A stretch of 24,570 nucleotides of DNA from Gemmatimonadales bacterium (GCA_041615815.1 JBFJCP010000044.1:1-24570), one strand, 5' to 3'; counted from the first letter of the stretch, positions 7,975-17,611 are shown. Numbers and translations are program-made. Notes: generated by a model not told the origin, from the letters alone.

Positions 7975-9258
7975 TCACTCGTCCGTCAACTCCGCCAGAC
8001 GCTCGGCCAGCGAGGGCCGCCGCTTTCCGGGCGGGGCCGCGGCCGGCACCGGCATCTCGACCGTGGTGACCGGCAGCTTCCCGAGCGAGCCGAACGCGTC
8101 GTGGAGAAACACGGCACGGGCACCCTCGGCGGCAGGCAGGAGCACGGCATCTCCCTTCGCTCCGATCGAAGGAATCGATACGCGAAACGGCTCGTTCTCG
8201 TCGGCGACCCTGGGGCACTGCGGCATCTCGAGCAGGCAGCCGTGCGCGTTGTAATTGAGAAGCTGCGCCTGCCACTCCCTACCAGACTGGTCGCTTACCC
8301 TGACGTCACGCCGCCGACCCGGCCGCCGCTCCAGGATCCGGCGCTCTTTGCACTCGGCCGCGGCGGCTGCGCCCACCATCACACCGCGCACGTCGCGGAG
8401 CGGCGTGTCATTCACAAAGGCGTCATAGATGGCCAGGACGGTTTTGGGATCCTCGATGGGCACGAGGTGATCCCCCCGCTCGATCATGGCGAACTCGCCG
8501 GACGGGCAACGTTCGACCACCGCCAAGGCCTCGAACGGTGCCGTGAAATGATCGTACTTGGACGTGAACACCAGCGTGCGGCACGAGAGGGTACCACCGA
8601 GACGTTCGTTGAACAAACGGGCGGAGTTGTGACGGTAGCGGAGGTGCTCGACATTCGTGAGCTCCATCATTCCCAGGTGCAGCCGTTCGATGAGCCGATT
8701 CGAGACCCGCGTAACATCGCGCTTGTGGAGATTGAGCAGATGGTGCACGACGGCATCCGCGAACTCCTCGTGCCGACCGTGGTCCAGGTACCAGAACGAG
8801 GAACGAAGCGCCTGGTCCACCCTCTGGCGAATCTGATCCGTGATCCCGCCTAGCAGCAGCCGCTCGACGCGTTCGGGGAACTGCTGCGCGAACGTGTACG
8901 CAATACCGCAGCCGTACGACAGCCCAACGGGAATCACGCGGTCCACGTGTTCCCCGTCTAGGAACCGGCGAAGCAGGTCCGCCAGATCCCCGAAGCCCAG
9001 TGCGGCGGACAGCTGATCGTTCTGTCCCTGGCCGGGCAGATCGACGAGCACGACTGGCCGCTGTGGCAAGAAATGCTTTACCTCGCGGTAAAACGACCAG
9101 GCGTTCTGAAACGCACCGCCAATGAACAGCAGGGGCGGCCGGTGTGCAGTGGATGCCGCGGCGAAGCTCCGGTGCTCGACGGTCCATTGGCCCAGCACCG
9201 TGCGCCTTGGATCACCGCGGAAACACGCCGTGTCGAATTGGTCGAACTGAAAGTCCAT
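7975..9258 (-). CDS. Alpha/beta hydrolase with C-terminal PilZ-like domain
   Basis: Probable ATG at 9258. Motifs 'IGGAFQ', 'VDLPGQG', nucleophile elbow GLSYG (8911-8925), Asp in 'KYDHF' and His in 'GDHLV'. The tail has 'ERRILERR' and 'NYNAHGCLL'. Confidence 0.8.
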   Translation of the reverse strand: MDFQFDQFDTACFRGDPRRTVLGQWTVEHRSFAAASTAHRPPLLFIGGAFQNAWSFYREVKHFLPQRPVVLVDLPGQGQNDQLSAALGFGDLADLLRRFLDGEHVDRVIPVGLSYGCGIAYTFAQQFPERVERLLLGGITDQIRQRVDQALRSSFWYLDHGRHEEFADAVVHHLLNLHKRDVTRVSNRLIERLHLGMMELTNVEHLRYRHNSARLFNERLGGTLSCRTLVFTSKYDHFTAPFEALAVVERCPSGEFAMIERGDHLVPIEDPKTVLAIYDAFVNDTPLRDVRGVMVGAAAAAECKERRILERRPGRRRDVRVSDQSGREWQAQLLNYNAHGCLLEMPQCPRVADENEPFRVSIPSIGAKGDAVLLPAAEGARAVFLHDAFGSLGKLPVTTVEMPVPAAAPPGKRRPSLAERLAELTDE

Positions 9259-9465
9259 GGTTGGCGTTGGATTTGAGAAAAATTCGCTAAGCACGCCGCG
9301 ATGATGCGAGCGGCGGGCGAAGTCGCGGCGAACATACGCCGACGAGCGCGGGTCAGCTAGTTCGGAAGCAGGAGCTGCGGAGCCGCGATGCGGTGAGGAG
9401 CCCGAACCGGCATAGGGCGGATCACGGTCGCATTCCCGCGGCACCCTGGTTGTGTTGCGTCCTTG

Positions 9466-10002
9466 TTATCTGCCAGACAGCTCGAGTATCTCCGCCCACT
9501 CGACCTCGATCCACCCACCCACTGCGGCATCGGTATCGTCGTCGTTCTCGATCTGGCCGCCGTAGGGTCGCTTGCCGGCCGATACCTTCATCAGGATCCG
9601 CACTTCCTTCCCGGCCACCGCGGCATCTCCGCGGAGCCGTACGCGAAACACGAATCCTGAGGTCTGCACGTGATGCGTCTCGAAGGCGTCGGTCAGGCGG
9701 ATCGTGAGCGCGTGCCCGAACGTATTCCCCCGTCGCCCACGCTCAGGCGCCGGCACGAAAAGCGTGGCTTCGGCCTGAGGATCGTCGTCGTGATCGAAGC
9801 GGAGATTGAGTCCCTCCGCGCGGGTCTTGCTCCCCAACTGCTGCCAACCATCGCCCGGGTCGTGTGCGGTCACCCGAATCAGGGGGCGGGCGCGGTCCAA
9901 GTCGACTTGGGACACTCGCCGAGGGCCGGCTTGCTTGGCCCTCACGATCAGGATGAGCACCATGAGGCCGAAGAAGGCAAGAAAGACGATTATCCAGGTC
10001 AT
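9466..10002 (-). CDS. Hypothetical protein with N-terminal membrane anchor
   Basis: ATG at 10002 preceded by GGAAGA. MTWIIVFLAFFGLMVLILIV is a single TM helix, followed by a beta-rich soluble region. Confidence 0.7.
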   Translation of the reverse strand: MTWIIVFLAFFGLMVLILIVRAKQAGPRRVSQVDLDRARPLIRVTAHDPGDGWQQLGSKTRAEGLNLRFDHDDDPQAEATLFVPAPERGRRGNTFGHALTIRLTDAFETHHVQTSGFVFRVRLRGDAAVAGKEVRILMKVSAGKRPYGGQIENDDDTDAAVGGWIEVEWAEILELSGR

Positions 10003-10346
10003 CGCATCTTCCGTTCGTGGGGAGCGGGTATTGGTGATGCGTCGGAGGGCAATGTTGCGACCAATTCTAACGTCCGCGCTCCTCGAAGCGACGGGTCCGG
10101 CACGAGTCTGCCTTTTGTCGAGTGGCATGTCTAAGATGCCGTGTAGGGGCCGAGCGAGCCAGCGGACGGGTGTCGGACGTCATGCTCGCGCGGCGTGGGG
10201 ATGGCATCCCTTCCATGGCATCTCACCGTGGAGATCGAGATGGTGGTGGAGGCGACGGAGCGGTGATCTCCCTTCAGTGTCGGTAGGCTGCTGCGATGCC
10301 TGAGGAGAGCTTCTCGGCGCAGAGCGCCCGCGTGATCGGGTGCAGA

Positions 10347-12269
10347 TCACCCCAGGAGCAGGACGAACACGCGAAACCCGAAGGCCAACGAAGCGAGCGT
10401 CAGGACCGTGAGCGCTCCGGCTACGAGTCCCGCCTCGGTCCAATTCCTGAGCGGGTCGCTCCCGAAGCGGTGTCGAGGAAAATCGGGCAAATCGAAAAAC
10501 GTCATGTCTCCTGGATAGTACCGCAGCCGAATTCCTTGCTGGGAGCACGGCGTCTCCATTTCCTGACCTGGCCACGACACCCGCCGCGCGCTGCCTTCGC
10601 ACCCGGCCCGGACTTGGCGGGTGAGTGCGTGGTCGTCGAAGCGGTGGGGCATGTCGAGAAAAGCATCGCTTGCGTCGCGTTTGAAGCGCAGGTGCTTGAC
10701 CGTTCCTTTCGGATCGGTGAACTCGAACTGCCAATGGTGAACGAACGTCAGCCCGAATGACTGCTTGACGGTCTCGCGCCGATGGGTGGCGGTCGCGTCG
10801 ACCACCACTCCGCGTTTCAGCGACTCGGGCGTGGCGTCGATCCTAGGCGTCAGGACACCCAACCCCGTTGCCACCCACCAGAGCATTCCGGCGAACACGG
10901 CGAGCGAGAGGACAGGCCGGAATAGGGGCCGCAGCGACGCTGGGATCCGGAGTTCCGTAGAGGAGCTCGGAGCATGAGGCAGACGGTGAGCCGCATCGAT
11001 CATCGGGACCTGAAGCGGGCGCACCGGTGTGATCTCCCGCAGCCCGCGGCAGAAGGCGCGGCGAGCGTCGAGATCGAGCCAGTAGTCGGCATGGCCGCCG
11101 ACGATGCGGCGTGACTGCCCCGTTGAGATGTCTCGTCCCTCGAAGGCTGCCAGGCCGAGGTCGCCACCGACGGCGTCTCCTGGGCGGTAGATATTCATCC
11201 AATGAAACTTGTGCAGGCGCCCCGCAATCAGGTCGACCCCGTCTTCGATCGTTTCCGGAAACAGAATGCGGGGAAAGAAAGGCAGCACGTAGCGTCGCAG
11301 CGGCGAGCCCATCGTCACCAACAGCACGCGGTGTGTCTTGCGCCAGGCACCCGAGTGCGTGAGCGAATCGAGCGCGATCACCGTACCCAGCCCTTGTCCC
11401 ACCAGAACGAACTCGGCATCCTCCCCGGTGTCTTGGCGTGCCTGGCGAATCGCTTTGTCGAGTGCCTTCTGAATCCGGATGCGATACCCCGGCTCGCCGA
11501 GATACCGGAAGCCGTCGACCATCATCTTGAGAGAACCGCGAATTGGGCGCGTCCAGCGCGCGCGGAGGACGAGCAGCGAGCCGAACACGACAGCGCACCA
11601 GGCGAGCGCAGCGAAGCCGCTCAGGACGAATGCAGCCGCTCCCAGCAAGCCGATGGATGCCCATAGGAGCATGCCATCGGCGGCGAAGAGGCCAATCACG
11701 ATGATCAATGGCGGCTGGAGCAACAGGAGGAGAATGCTCCGAAACGTGATGATGACCGCACGCGGGGACAACGTGAAGCAAAGACGCAGGGCCGCGAGCG
11801 CCAGGAGTGCGGTCAGGCCGCTGGCGATACCCAACGTCGTCCAATCGATAGCGGCGACCAGCCACCGAAGTGGGGGCGTATGGGTAGGGAGACCGTACCA
11901 GGCGGCAGGGGCCAGCACAAGGACCTCGGCCGTAATCTCGAGCGCCACCATTGCGACCAGCGCCGGCACCAACCACTGAAGCAGCCCGTGTAGTCGGGCC
12001 TGCCACGTGCCGAGTACCCCATCCACATAGTTGGCGCGGAACTGCAACCCCAGGCCCGACACCGCCCTCATGAGAGCAGCGTTCCGCTTCAAGAACCGGT
12101 ACAGGTTGCGCAAGCCCGTATGACTCGGGCGGGGGACCATGCGGTCCCAGTCGAACTCCACGGTCTCGACTCTGTCGTAGAGCTCCGCGTGCTCGAAGTT
12201 GGCATTGACCACTTGCGCGATCTTGCCGCGCGGTCCCGATCCGTGAATGGCTATGGCGGGTACAGGCAC
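10347..12269 (-). CDS. Polytopic membrane protein with an interrupted alpha/beta-hydrolase-like fold (nucleophile Ser absent)
   Basis: GTG at 12269 with GGAG RBS. Order of motifs: 'IAIHGSG', several TM helices, 'LVGQGLGTVIA', 'LVTMGSPL', 'WMNIYRPGDAVG', 'HADYW', then TM-soluble loop-TM. Confidence 0.78.
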   Translation of the reverse strand: MPVPAIAIHGSGPRGKIAQVVNANFEHAELYDRVETVEFDWDRMVPRPSHTGLRNLYRFLKRNAALMRAVSGLGLQFRANYVDGVLGTWQARLHGLLQWLVPALVAMVALEITAEVLVLAPAAWYGLPTHTPPLRWLVAAIDWTTLGIASGLTALLALAALRLCFTLSPRAVIITFRSILLLLLQPPLIIVIGLFAADGMLLWASIGLLGAAAFVLSGFAALAWCAVVFGSLLVLRARWTRPIRGSLKMMVDGFRYLGEPGYRIRIQKALDKAIRQARQDTGEDAEFVLVGQGLGTVIALDSLTHSGAWRKTHRVLLVTMGSPLRRYVLPFFPRILFPETIEDGVDLIAGRLHKFHWMNIYRPGDAVGGDLGLAAFEGRDISTGQSRRIVGGHADYWLDLDARRAFCRGLREITPVRPLQVPMIDAAHRLPHAPSSSTELRIPASLRPLFRPVLSLAVFAGMLWWVATGLGVLTPRIDATPESLKRGVVVDATATHRRETVKQSFGLTFVHHWQFEFTDPKGTVKHLRFKRDASDAFLDMPHRFDDHALTRQVRAGCEGSARRVSWPGQEMETPCSQQGIRLRYYPGDMTFFDLPDFPRHRFGSDPLRNWTEAGLVAGALTVLTLASLAFGFRVFVLLLG

Positions 12270-12762
12270 GACGTGGCTCCCGGCTGGAGACCGATTGGTT
12301 GACTCGCTGAGCGAGGGGGCGCGGTAGAAGCGTGCTCGTGGAAGGGCGATGCGACGCTCCCGCAGGTGGGCGCGCTATCAGGTACATGGTAGGGAATCGC
12401 TCGCCGCCTGACCGCGGGCGATATCACAAACGGTTCGTGACGTGCTCCGTCCAATCCATTGCGGTGCTCACGTCAGGCTGTGGCACTCGCCGCTGGGATG
12501 CCTTGCCGGCCCCGTTCCGTGGGTGGTGGAGGGAGCCGCGCTGTCCTGGTATCGCTTCGTGGTCACGGGATCGGGGCAGCTGCGGCGTTCTTCGTGGTCG
12601 GGGGTAAGAGGTGAGCGTCGGGAGCGCAGGATGACGGCTATCTCGCTTCTTCAAGCTCCCAGGTGGGAAAGAGAGAGACCCGCCAGATGCTGTCCGTGAG
12701 GGGCAGCACCGCGTGGAGGCGGTGGGCCGCGCTGTGTGGCGCCTGCCGCGCAACGCTTCCGA

Positions 12763-14022
12763 TCACCACTCATGCTCGCCCTCCTCGTCCATCGTCCGGG
12801 TCGATGCTTCTTTCCTGCGCTGCAATCGAGCCGCCACCGCCTCGGCTTCGCGCATGACGCGCAACAGATTCTCGCCCGCCAGCTTACGCAGAGCACCGTC
12901 CGACCACCCACGGTTCGCCAACTCCACGAACAAGGCGGGGAACGTCGAGACGTCCTCGAGCCCGGTCACGTACGTCGGAATCCCATCGAAGTCACTGCCC
13001 AGCCCCACGTGGTCGATCCCGGCCACGTCCCGAATGTGCTCCAGGTGATCGGCGACGTCGGCGATGCCGACCGGTGGTCCCGGATTCTCGGCGCGCCAGC
13101 GCTCGAGCTCCCGCTCGATGCCTGCCCGGTCGTTGCCAAACCGCTGCTGGATGTCCACCTGGGCCACTTGCTGCGAACGTTCGTCATACAACCGATAGGC
13201 CTCGGACACATAGGGCGGGTAGAACACCTGCATCACCACACCGCCGTTGTCCTTGAGCCGGGCCAGGATCGAATCGGGGACGTTCCGCACGTGGTCGGTC
13301 AACGCGCGCGCTCCGGAGTGTGAGAAGATGACGGGTGCCTCCGCCACATTGAGCGCGTCGCTCATCGTGGCCGGCGAGACGTGAGACAGGTCCACCAGCA
13401 TCCCCAGTCGATTCATCTCGCGCACGACTTCTTCGCCAAACGCCGAGAGTCCGTCGTTCACCGGCTCGTCGGTGGCGGAGTCCGCCCAGTCGGTGTTGGC
13501 GAAGTGGGCTAGCGTCATGTACCGGACACCCAGGTGGTAGTAGGCCCGGAGCGCGCCAAGCGAGTTCTCGATGACGTGGCCCCCCTCGATCCCCAGCAGC
13601 GACGCGATCTTCCCGCGGCCAAAGGCCTGCATGATCTCGGATGCCGTGGTCGCGAGCTCGAAATGATCCGAATACCGAGCGATGGTGCGCAGCGCGATGT
13701 CGATCTGCTCGAGCTGTTGCCGGGCCGGCCGGGGCTCGGTGACGTTGACATGCACGGACCAGAACTGCGCGCCCACCAGACCCCGCCGCAGCCGCTCCAG
13801 GTCCGTATTGCCCGGGGTCGGCAAGCGCAGGTCGTAGGCCGCCACGTCGCCGAGTCCCCCCTCGGCGGCCTCGCGGATGGCGCCGGGGAGATCGTTGTGT
13901 CCATCGACGAGTGGGATCTCCGCCAGGATTCGCTGGACGCGTTGGAGGGCCGTTTCCTGGGCCAGTGCGAGACCAGGGACCGCGATCAGGAGCAGGTTCA
14001 CGAACAGGAGGAGCCGGATCAT
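12763..14022 (-). CDS. Secreted dipeptidase, peptidase family M19 (renal/membrane dipeptidase)
   Basis: Signal peptide MIRLLLFVNLLLIAVPGLALA from ATG 14022; motifs DGHND, GAQFWS, GIEGGH, DLSH, FSHS and GSDFDG. Confidence 0.93.
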   Translation of the reverse strand: MIRLLLFVNLLLIAVPGLALAQETALQRVQRILAEIPLVDGHNDLPGAIREAAEGGLGDVAAYDLRLPTPGNTDLERLRRGLVGAQFWSVHVNVTEPRPARQQLEQIDIALRTIARYSDHFELATTASEIMQAFGRGKIASLLGIEGGHVIENSLGALRAYYHLGVRYMTLAHFANTDWADSATDEPVNDGLSAFGEEVVREMNRLGMLVDLSHVSPATMSDALNVAEAPVIFSHSGARALTDHVRNVPDSILARLKDNGGVVMQVFYPPYVSEAYRLYDERSQQVAQVDIQQRFGNDRAGIERELERWRAENPGPPVGIADVADHLEHIRDVAGIDHVGLGSDFDGIPTYVTGLEDVSTFPALFVELANRGWSDGALRKLAGENLLRVMREAEAVAARLQRRKEASTRTMDEEGEHEW

Positions 14023-14238
14023 CGTTCGCTCGGCGGCTGGAGGCACGATTCGCTTCGACGTCTCGCCAAGATGCAGAGCGAATCCGGAGAGCGCGAGGGG
14101 GACGGAGATCGGGGGAACGGAACCTACGGCGGGCGAGCGCCCTGGCTCGTGAGCCGGTACGGGGCATCCCGAAATCCTACACCGCGTGTTAACGTATCGT
14201 GACAGATAGTGATCGTTCCGGTCAAAAGGGGAGTCTCC

Positions 14239-14730
14239 GTGGCGTTGATTGAATGCCCCGAATGCGGGCGGGAAGTCTCGAGCAGCGCGGCCGCATGTCC
14301 CGACTGTGCGTACCCCATCGGGACCGGAACGTCTGGAGTTTCTCTTCCGGTACCGCAGGGGTCGCCGGCACCGAGCATGTGGAGGATGGCGCTACCGCTC
14401 CTCGGCAGAGTGCTGCTGGGCACGATCTTGGCCAGCGTCGGGATGGCCGAGGAGCAGTCGGTGGCGGCCCTGATTGGTGGGCTGATCATCGGTGGCTCGG
14501 CGATCCCCGCGTGGTACCGTGCGAAGATCGAACGGATGAGGGCCAGCAGGTCCACCGCGGAGGTCGATGCTCGTTTGGATAATCGCATAACGGAACTGGA
14601 GCAGCGCCACCAACACCAGTTTGCAAATCTCGAACGCATCCACCAGGGTCAGCTCACGGAGCTCGAGGAACGGGTAGATTTCGCAGAACGGTTGCTCACC
14701 AAACGCGCAATCCCGGACCAGCCTGGCTAA
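14239..14730 (+). CDS. Zinc-ribbon-containing membrane protein (2 TM + coiled-coil)
   Basis: GTG at 14239 after AGGGGAG; CPEC...CPDC zinc ribbon; two TM helices; coiled-coil ending ELEERVDFAERLL. Confidence 0.82.
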   Translation: MALIECPECGREVSSSAAACPDCAYPIGTGTSGVSLPVPQGSPAPSMWRMALPLLGRVLLGTILASVGMAEEQSVAALIGGLIIGGSAIPAWYRAKIERMRASRSTAEVDARLDNRITELEQRHQHQFANLERIHQGQLTELEERVDFAERLLTKRAIPDQPG

Positions 14731-14781
14731 TTGGCTCGGCTTGGGTGGAGACATGGCTTGGACAACGAGTGACGGGCATTG

Positions 14782-15732
14782 ATGACGGGCAACCCCATAT
14801 CGCCATTCCTCGATCGCCAAGGAGTGATGATCCTGGACGGGGGGCTCGCAACCGAGCTGGAGGCACGCGGTTGTGATCTCCGCGATGAGCTCTGGTCGGC
14901 CAAGGTGCTCATCGAAGATCCCGGCCTGCTGCAGCAGGTCCACGCGGACTACCTGGCCGCCGGTGCGGACTGCATCGCGGGTGCCAGCTATCAGGCAAGC
15001 TTCGAAGGATTCCGCCGCCGGAACTTCAACGAAGACGAGGCTGCCGAGTTGTTGCGGCTATCGGTGCGTCTCGCCGTTCAGGTCCGAGACGCGTTCTGGA
15101 GTGATCCCGCTAACCGAACCGGTCGTCTGCGGCCGTTGGTTGCCGCCAGCGTGGGTCCCTACGGGGCCGCGCTCGCCGATGGTTCGGAGTACACCGGCCG
15201 CTACGACCTCGATGAAGCCGGACTACGCGCGTTCCACCGTCAGCGGTGGCACGTGCTGGCCACGAGTGGTGCCGATGTGATGGCGTGCGAGACCATTCCG
15301 TCTCCCGTGGAGGGTCGTGTCCTGCTCGGCCTACTGCACGAAACGCCGCGGGCGTATGGCTGGTTCAGCTTCAGCTGTCGTGATGACGAACGGGTGAGCG
15401 ATGGAACACCGTTGGCCGAGACGATCGCTGCCTTTCACGATCAGCCGCAGGTGGTGGCGGTCGGGGTGAACTGCACGGCGCCGAGCCTCGTACCGCGTCT
15501 CATTGCCGAGTCACGGCACGCCGTAGACAAGCCGATCGTGGTGTATCCCAACTCCGGCGAGGGATGGGATGCGCAAAGGAAGTGCTGGACGGGAACCGCA
15601 GAGGCGGTGGACTTCGCGTCTGCCAGCGCGGAGTGGCACGCTGCAGGAGCGGGTCTCATCGGCGGGTGCTGCCGCACGGGCCCGCGGCACATTCGAGAGA
15701 TCAGGGAGCGGCTGGTTGGCCGGTTGGCGTGA
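14782..15732 (+). CDS. mmuM: Homocysteine S-methyltransferase
   Basis: LDGGLATELE, LWSA, ASVGPYGAALADGSEYTG, ACETIP; Zn-ligand motifs GVNC and GGCC; VYPNSGE. Confidence 0.93.
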   Translation: MTGNPISPFLDRQGVMILDGGLATELEARGCDLRDELWSAKVLIEDPGLLQQVHADYLAAGADCIAGASYQASFEGFRRRNFNEDEAAELLRLSVRLAVQVRDAFWSDPANRTGRLRPLVAASVGPYGAALADGSEYTGRYDLDEAGLRAFHRQRWHVLATSGADVMACETIPSPVEGRVLLGLLHETPRAYGWFSFSCRDDERVSDGTPLAETIAAFHDQPQVVAVGVNCTAPSLVPRLIAESRHAVDKPIVVYPNSGEGWDAQRKCWTGTAEAVDFASASAEWHAAGAGLIGGCCRTGPRHIREIRERLVGRLA

Positions 15733-15838
15733 GGTAATAAAGGAAAACACTCTTCCGCGGCGTATTGCTCGGGCGTCAGCGGCCTCGTAGTCTTCTAGGA
15801 GATGTACGCACTCGGCCCGCTATTCGGAGACCCGTGAG

Positions 15839-16099
15839 ATGCCCTTTTTTCGGTGTACCATATGCCAGGACGATGGCAGTCCCATCGCCAAGAACGTCAC
15901 GGTCATGCTTGCGGAGACGAAGCGCGACGAGTGGTACGGCACCATCACCGCGGCCCACCTGACGAGCCTCGGTTCCGGCGAGCGGTATCTCCTGCAGCTC
16001 GAGGACGGGAGAAAAGGCGAGTTCCTCGTCCGCAGGAACACCCAAGCGGGCGATGTCGACCGTGCCATCGCCATTCGGGGAACCGGTCCACTGGAATAA
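15839..16099 (+). CDS. Small hypothetical beta-rich protein
   Basis: 86-aa ORF with GGAG upstream and typical GC3-rich codons; fills an otherwise empty gap. Confidence 0.62.
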   Translation: MPFFRCTICQDDGSPIAKNVTVMLAETKRDEWYGTITAAHLTSLGSGERYLLQLEDGRKGEFLVRRNTQAGDVDRAIAIRGTGPLE

Positions 16100-16289
16100 G
16101 CAAGGCGGTCATCCGGCTCGCTTCGCGCGTGCCTGAGCAGCGGTAGTCACGGCGAACGCTCCGTACAGGGCTCGAACGTCGCGTGCGACGTCTTCGTTCG
16201 CACCCAGATGAAGGCGTTTGTGAAGCCACTAATGCGTTCGTAGCGGTGCTCCCCGTGCAGCGCGCTCTGTGGCGCGCCGCGTCGAAGCT

Positions 16290-16829
16290 CTAGAATGAAT
16301 CCTTCACGAGCCGACCTTGCCACGGAAACGTGCCGCCCAGTGGTCCCCTGTCGTTGGTGAAAACGAGCGTCGTGCCTTTGAGGTCGCCACCACCTCGTAA
16401 GCGAAACAGCTGACCGGCGGGAACAAAGAACTTGCGCACAGGGAGACTATACCGGCCATTCAGTGTTCCGGAAATCGCTTTCCCCTTGAGCTCTGAGACC
16501 TCCACCGAGAAGGTGCCGCCGAGCCACCCATTGCCCTCCTGGTTCCAGGCACCTCGCTGATCGATGACACCCTGGGCCACGAGATCGCCGGAAAACCTCA
16601 CTTCGACAATCATCCGTTTGACCCAAAGGAAGCCGTTCGGTTTGAACTCAAAATCCAAAAAGAGCGGTGGATTTGGAAAATCGAACTCGCCACTGAGGTC
16701 GGTGCCGAGCGCGGCAGCGACCGACGGCTCGATTGTCAGCCCGGATAAGTCCGGCGCAAGAGGCTGATCACAACTGGCGACAATGAATACGGTAGCAAGC
16801 GGTGCGAAAAGCGAGAGACGTCTTGCCAT
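16290..16829 (-). CDS. Hypothetical lipoprotein (predicted beta-barrel-like)
   Basis: ATG at 16829 after GGGGGTG; MARRLSLFAPLATVFIVAS-C lipobox; Gly/aromatic alternating beta-strand pattern. Confidence 0.7.
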   Translation of the reverse strand: MARRLSLFAPLATVFIVASCDQPLAPDLSGLTIEPSVAAALGTDLSGEFDFPNPPLFLDFEFKPNGFLWVKRMIVEVRFSGDLVAQGVIDQRGAWNQEGNGWLGGTFSVEVSELKGKAISGTLNGRYSLPVRKFFVPAGQLFRLRGGGDLKGTTLVFTNDRGPLGGTFPWQGRLVKDSF

Positions 16830-17090
16830 GAGACACCCCCAGACGGCCGTAGTCACGTATGCTCGGCGTGCTTGCGCCAGAGGAGCGCCGGCCGCGGCAC
16901 GGGGGGATGTCGTGACGGTGGATCCACCAGCGGGATCGCCGATCGGAACCGTTGACAACTTCAATAAGACGCGAGAGGCTTACTGTTGCCTTACCGAACA
17001 GATCGGCGGTGGCCAGAACTTCGCAGTCTTTCTACCGGGTCTCGAATTCCCAAAGGACCTCCCCGTCTTGAAGGCGCTCCCGGCGATCCC

Positions 17091-17471
17091 ATCTTTGATT
17101 CCCCGCGATCACCGGATCCCAGAGATTCATCTTGCGGAGCAAGGCCTGAAACCGGGGATGCTGGCGTAGGTCCTGAGGCACGCGCGGTTCACTCCTCATC
17201 AGCCAGGGAAGCCACACATGTGGTGGGTCGTATTCGAGCCAGCGCAGCGCCGTGTCGAAATCGCCAAGCAGAATGTAGATCCGCCCCAGCGGCAATGCGG
17301 ACTCGCAGCAGGGGGCTCCGCCTCCAATGCGGCGACGATGGCGAGCGCATCATCGGTGCGCCCGGCACCAGCGTAGGCAGCAATCAAGAATCCCACGAGT
17401 CGCGGTGCGGTGGCGGCAGCCGACTCCGGACTCAGCGCCACCTCGATCTCGCTCGCGATGGCCCCGTGCGA
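17091..17471 (-). pseudogene. Degenerate, internally deleted duplicate of the 3' end of the 18174-20525 kinase gene
   Basis: 17091-17423 aligns to 18173-18506 (about 92-93% by my manual count) and 17424-17471 aligns to 19170-19216. There is a 1-nt deletion near 17303, a 1-nt insertion near 17462, a TGA->AGA change at the stop, and no start or kinase domain. Confidence 0.92.
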
Positions 17472-17611
17472 GCGTTTCCTCCCGCTCGCTTTAGTGGTGC
17501 GTCGCGCTGGTATCGACGAGCGCGGGCGGCCCCCTGCCTGCCTCGACGCGACGCATCGGCAGCTGAAGGAGGGTGTTCTAACCCTGCTCTGAAGCCGATC
17601 TGGTTGGCCGC

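Noticed and set aside
12270..12762. ~490-bp intergenic gap as an ncRNA or small gene
   Set aside because: I found no recognisable motif, repeat or ORF with credible composition, though this cannot be excluded without Rfam or RNA-seq.
16953..16965. TTGACAACTTCAA as a sigma70 -35 element or FNR box
   Set aside because: There is no -10 at proper spacing and no + strand gene downstream; it is one base short of the FNR palindrome.
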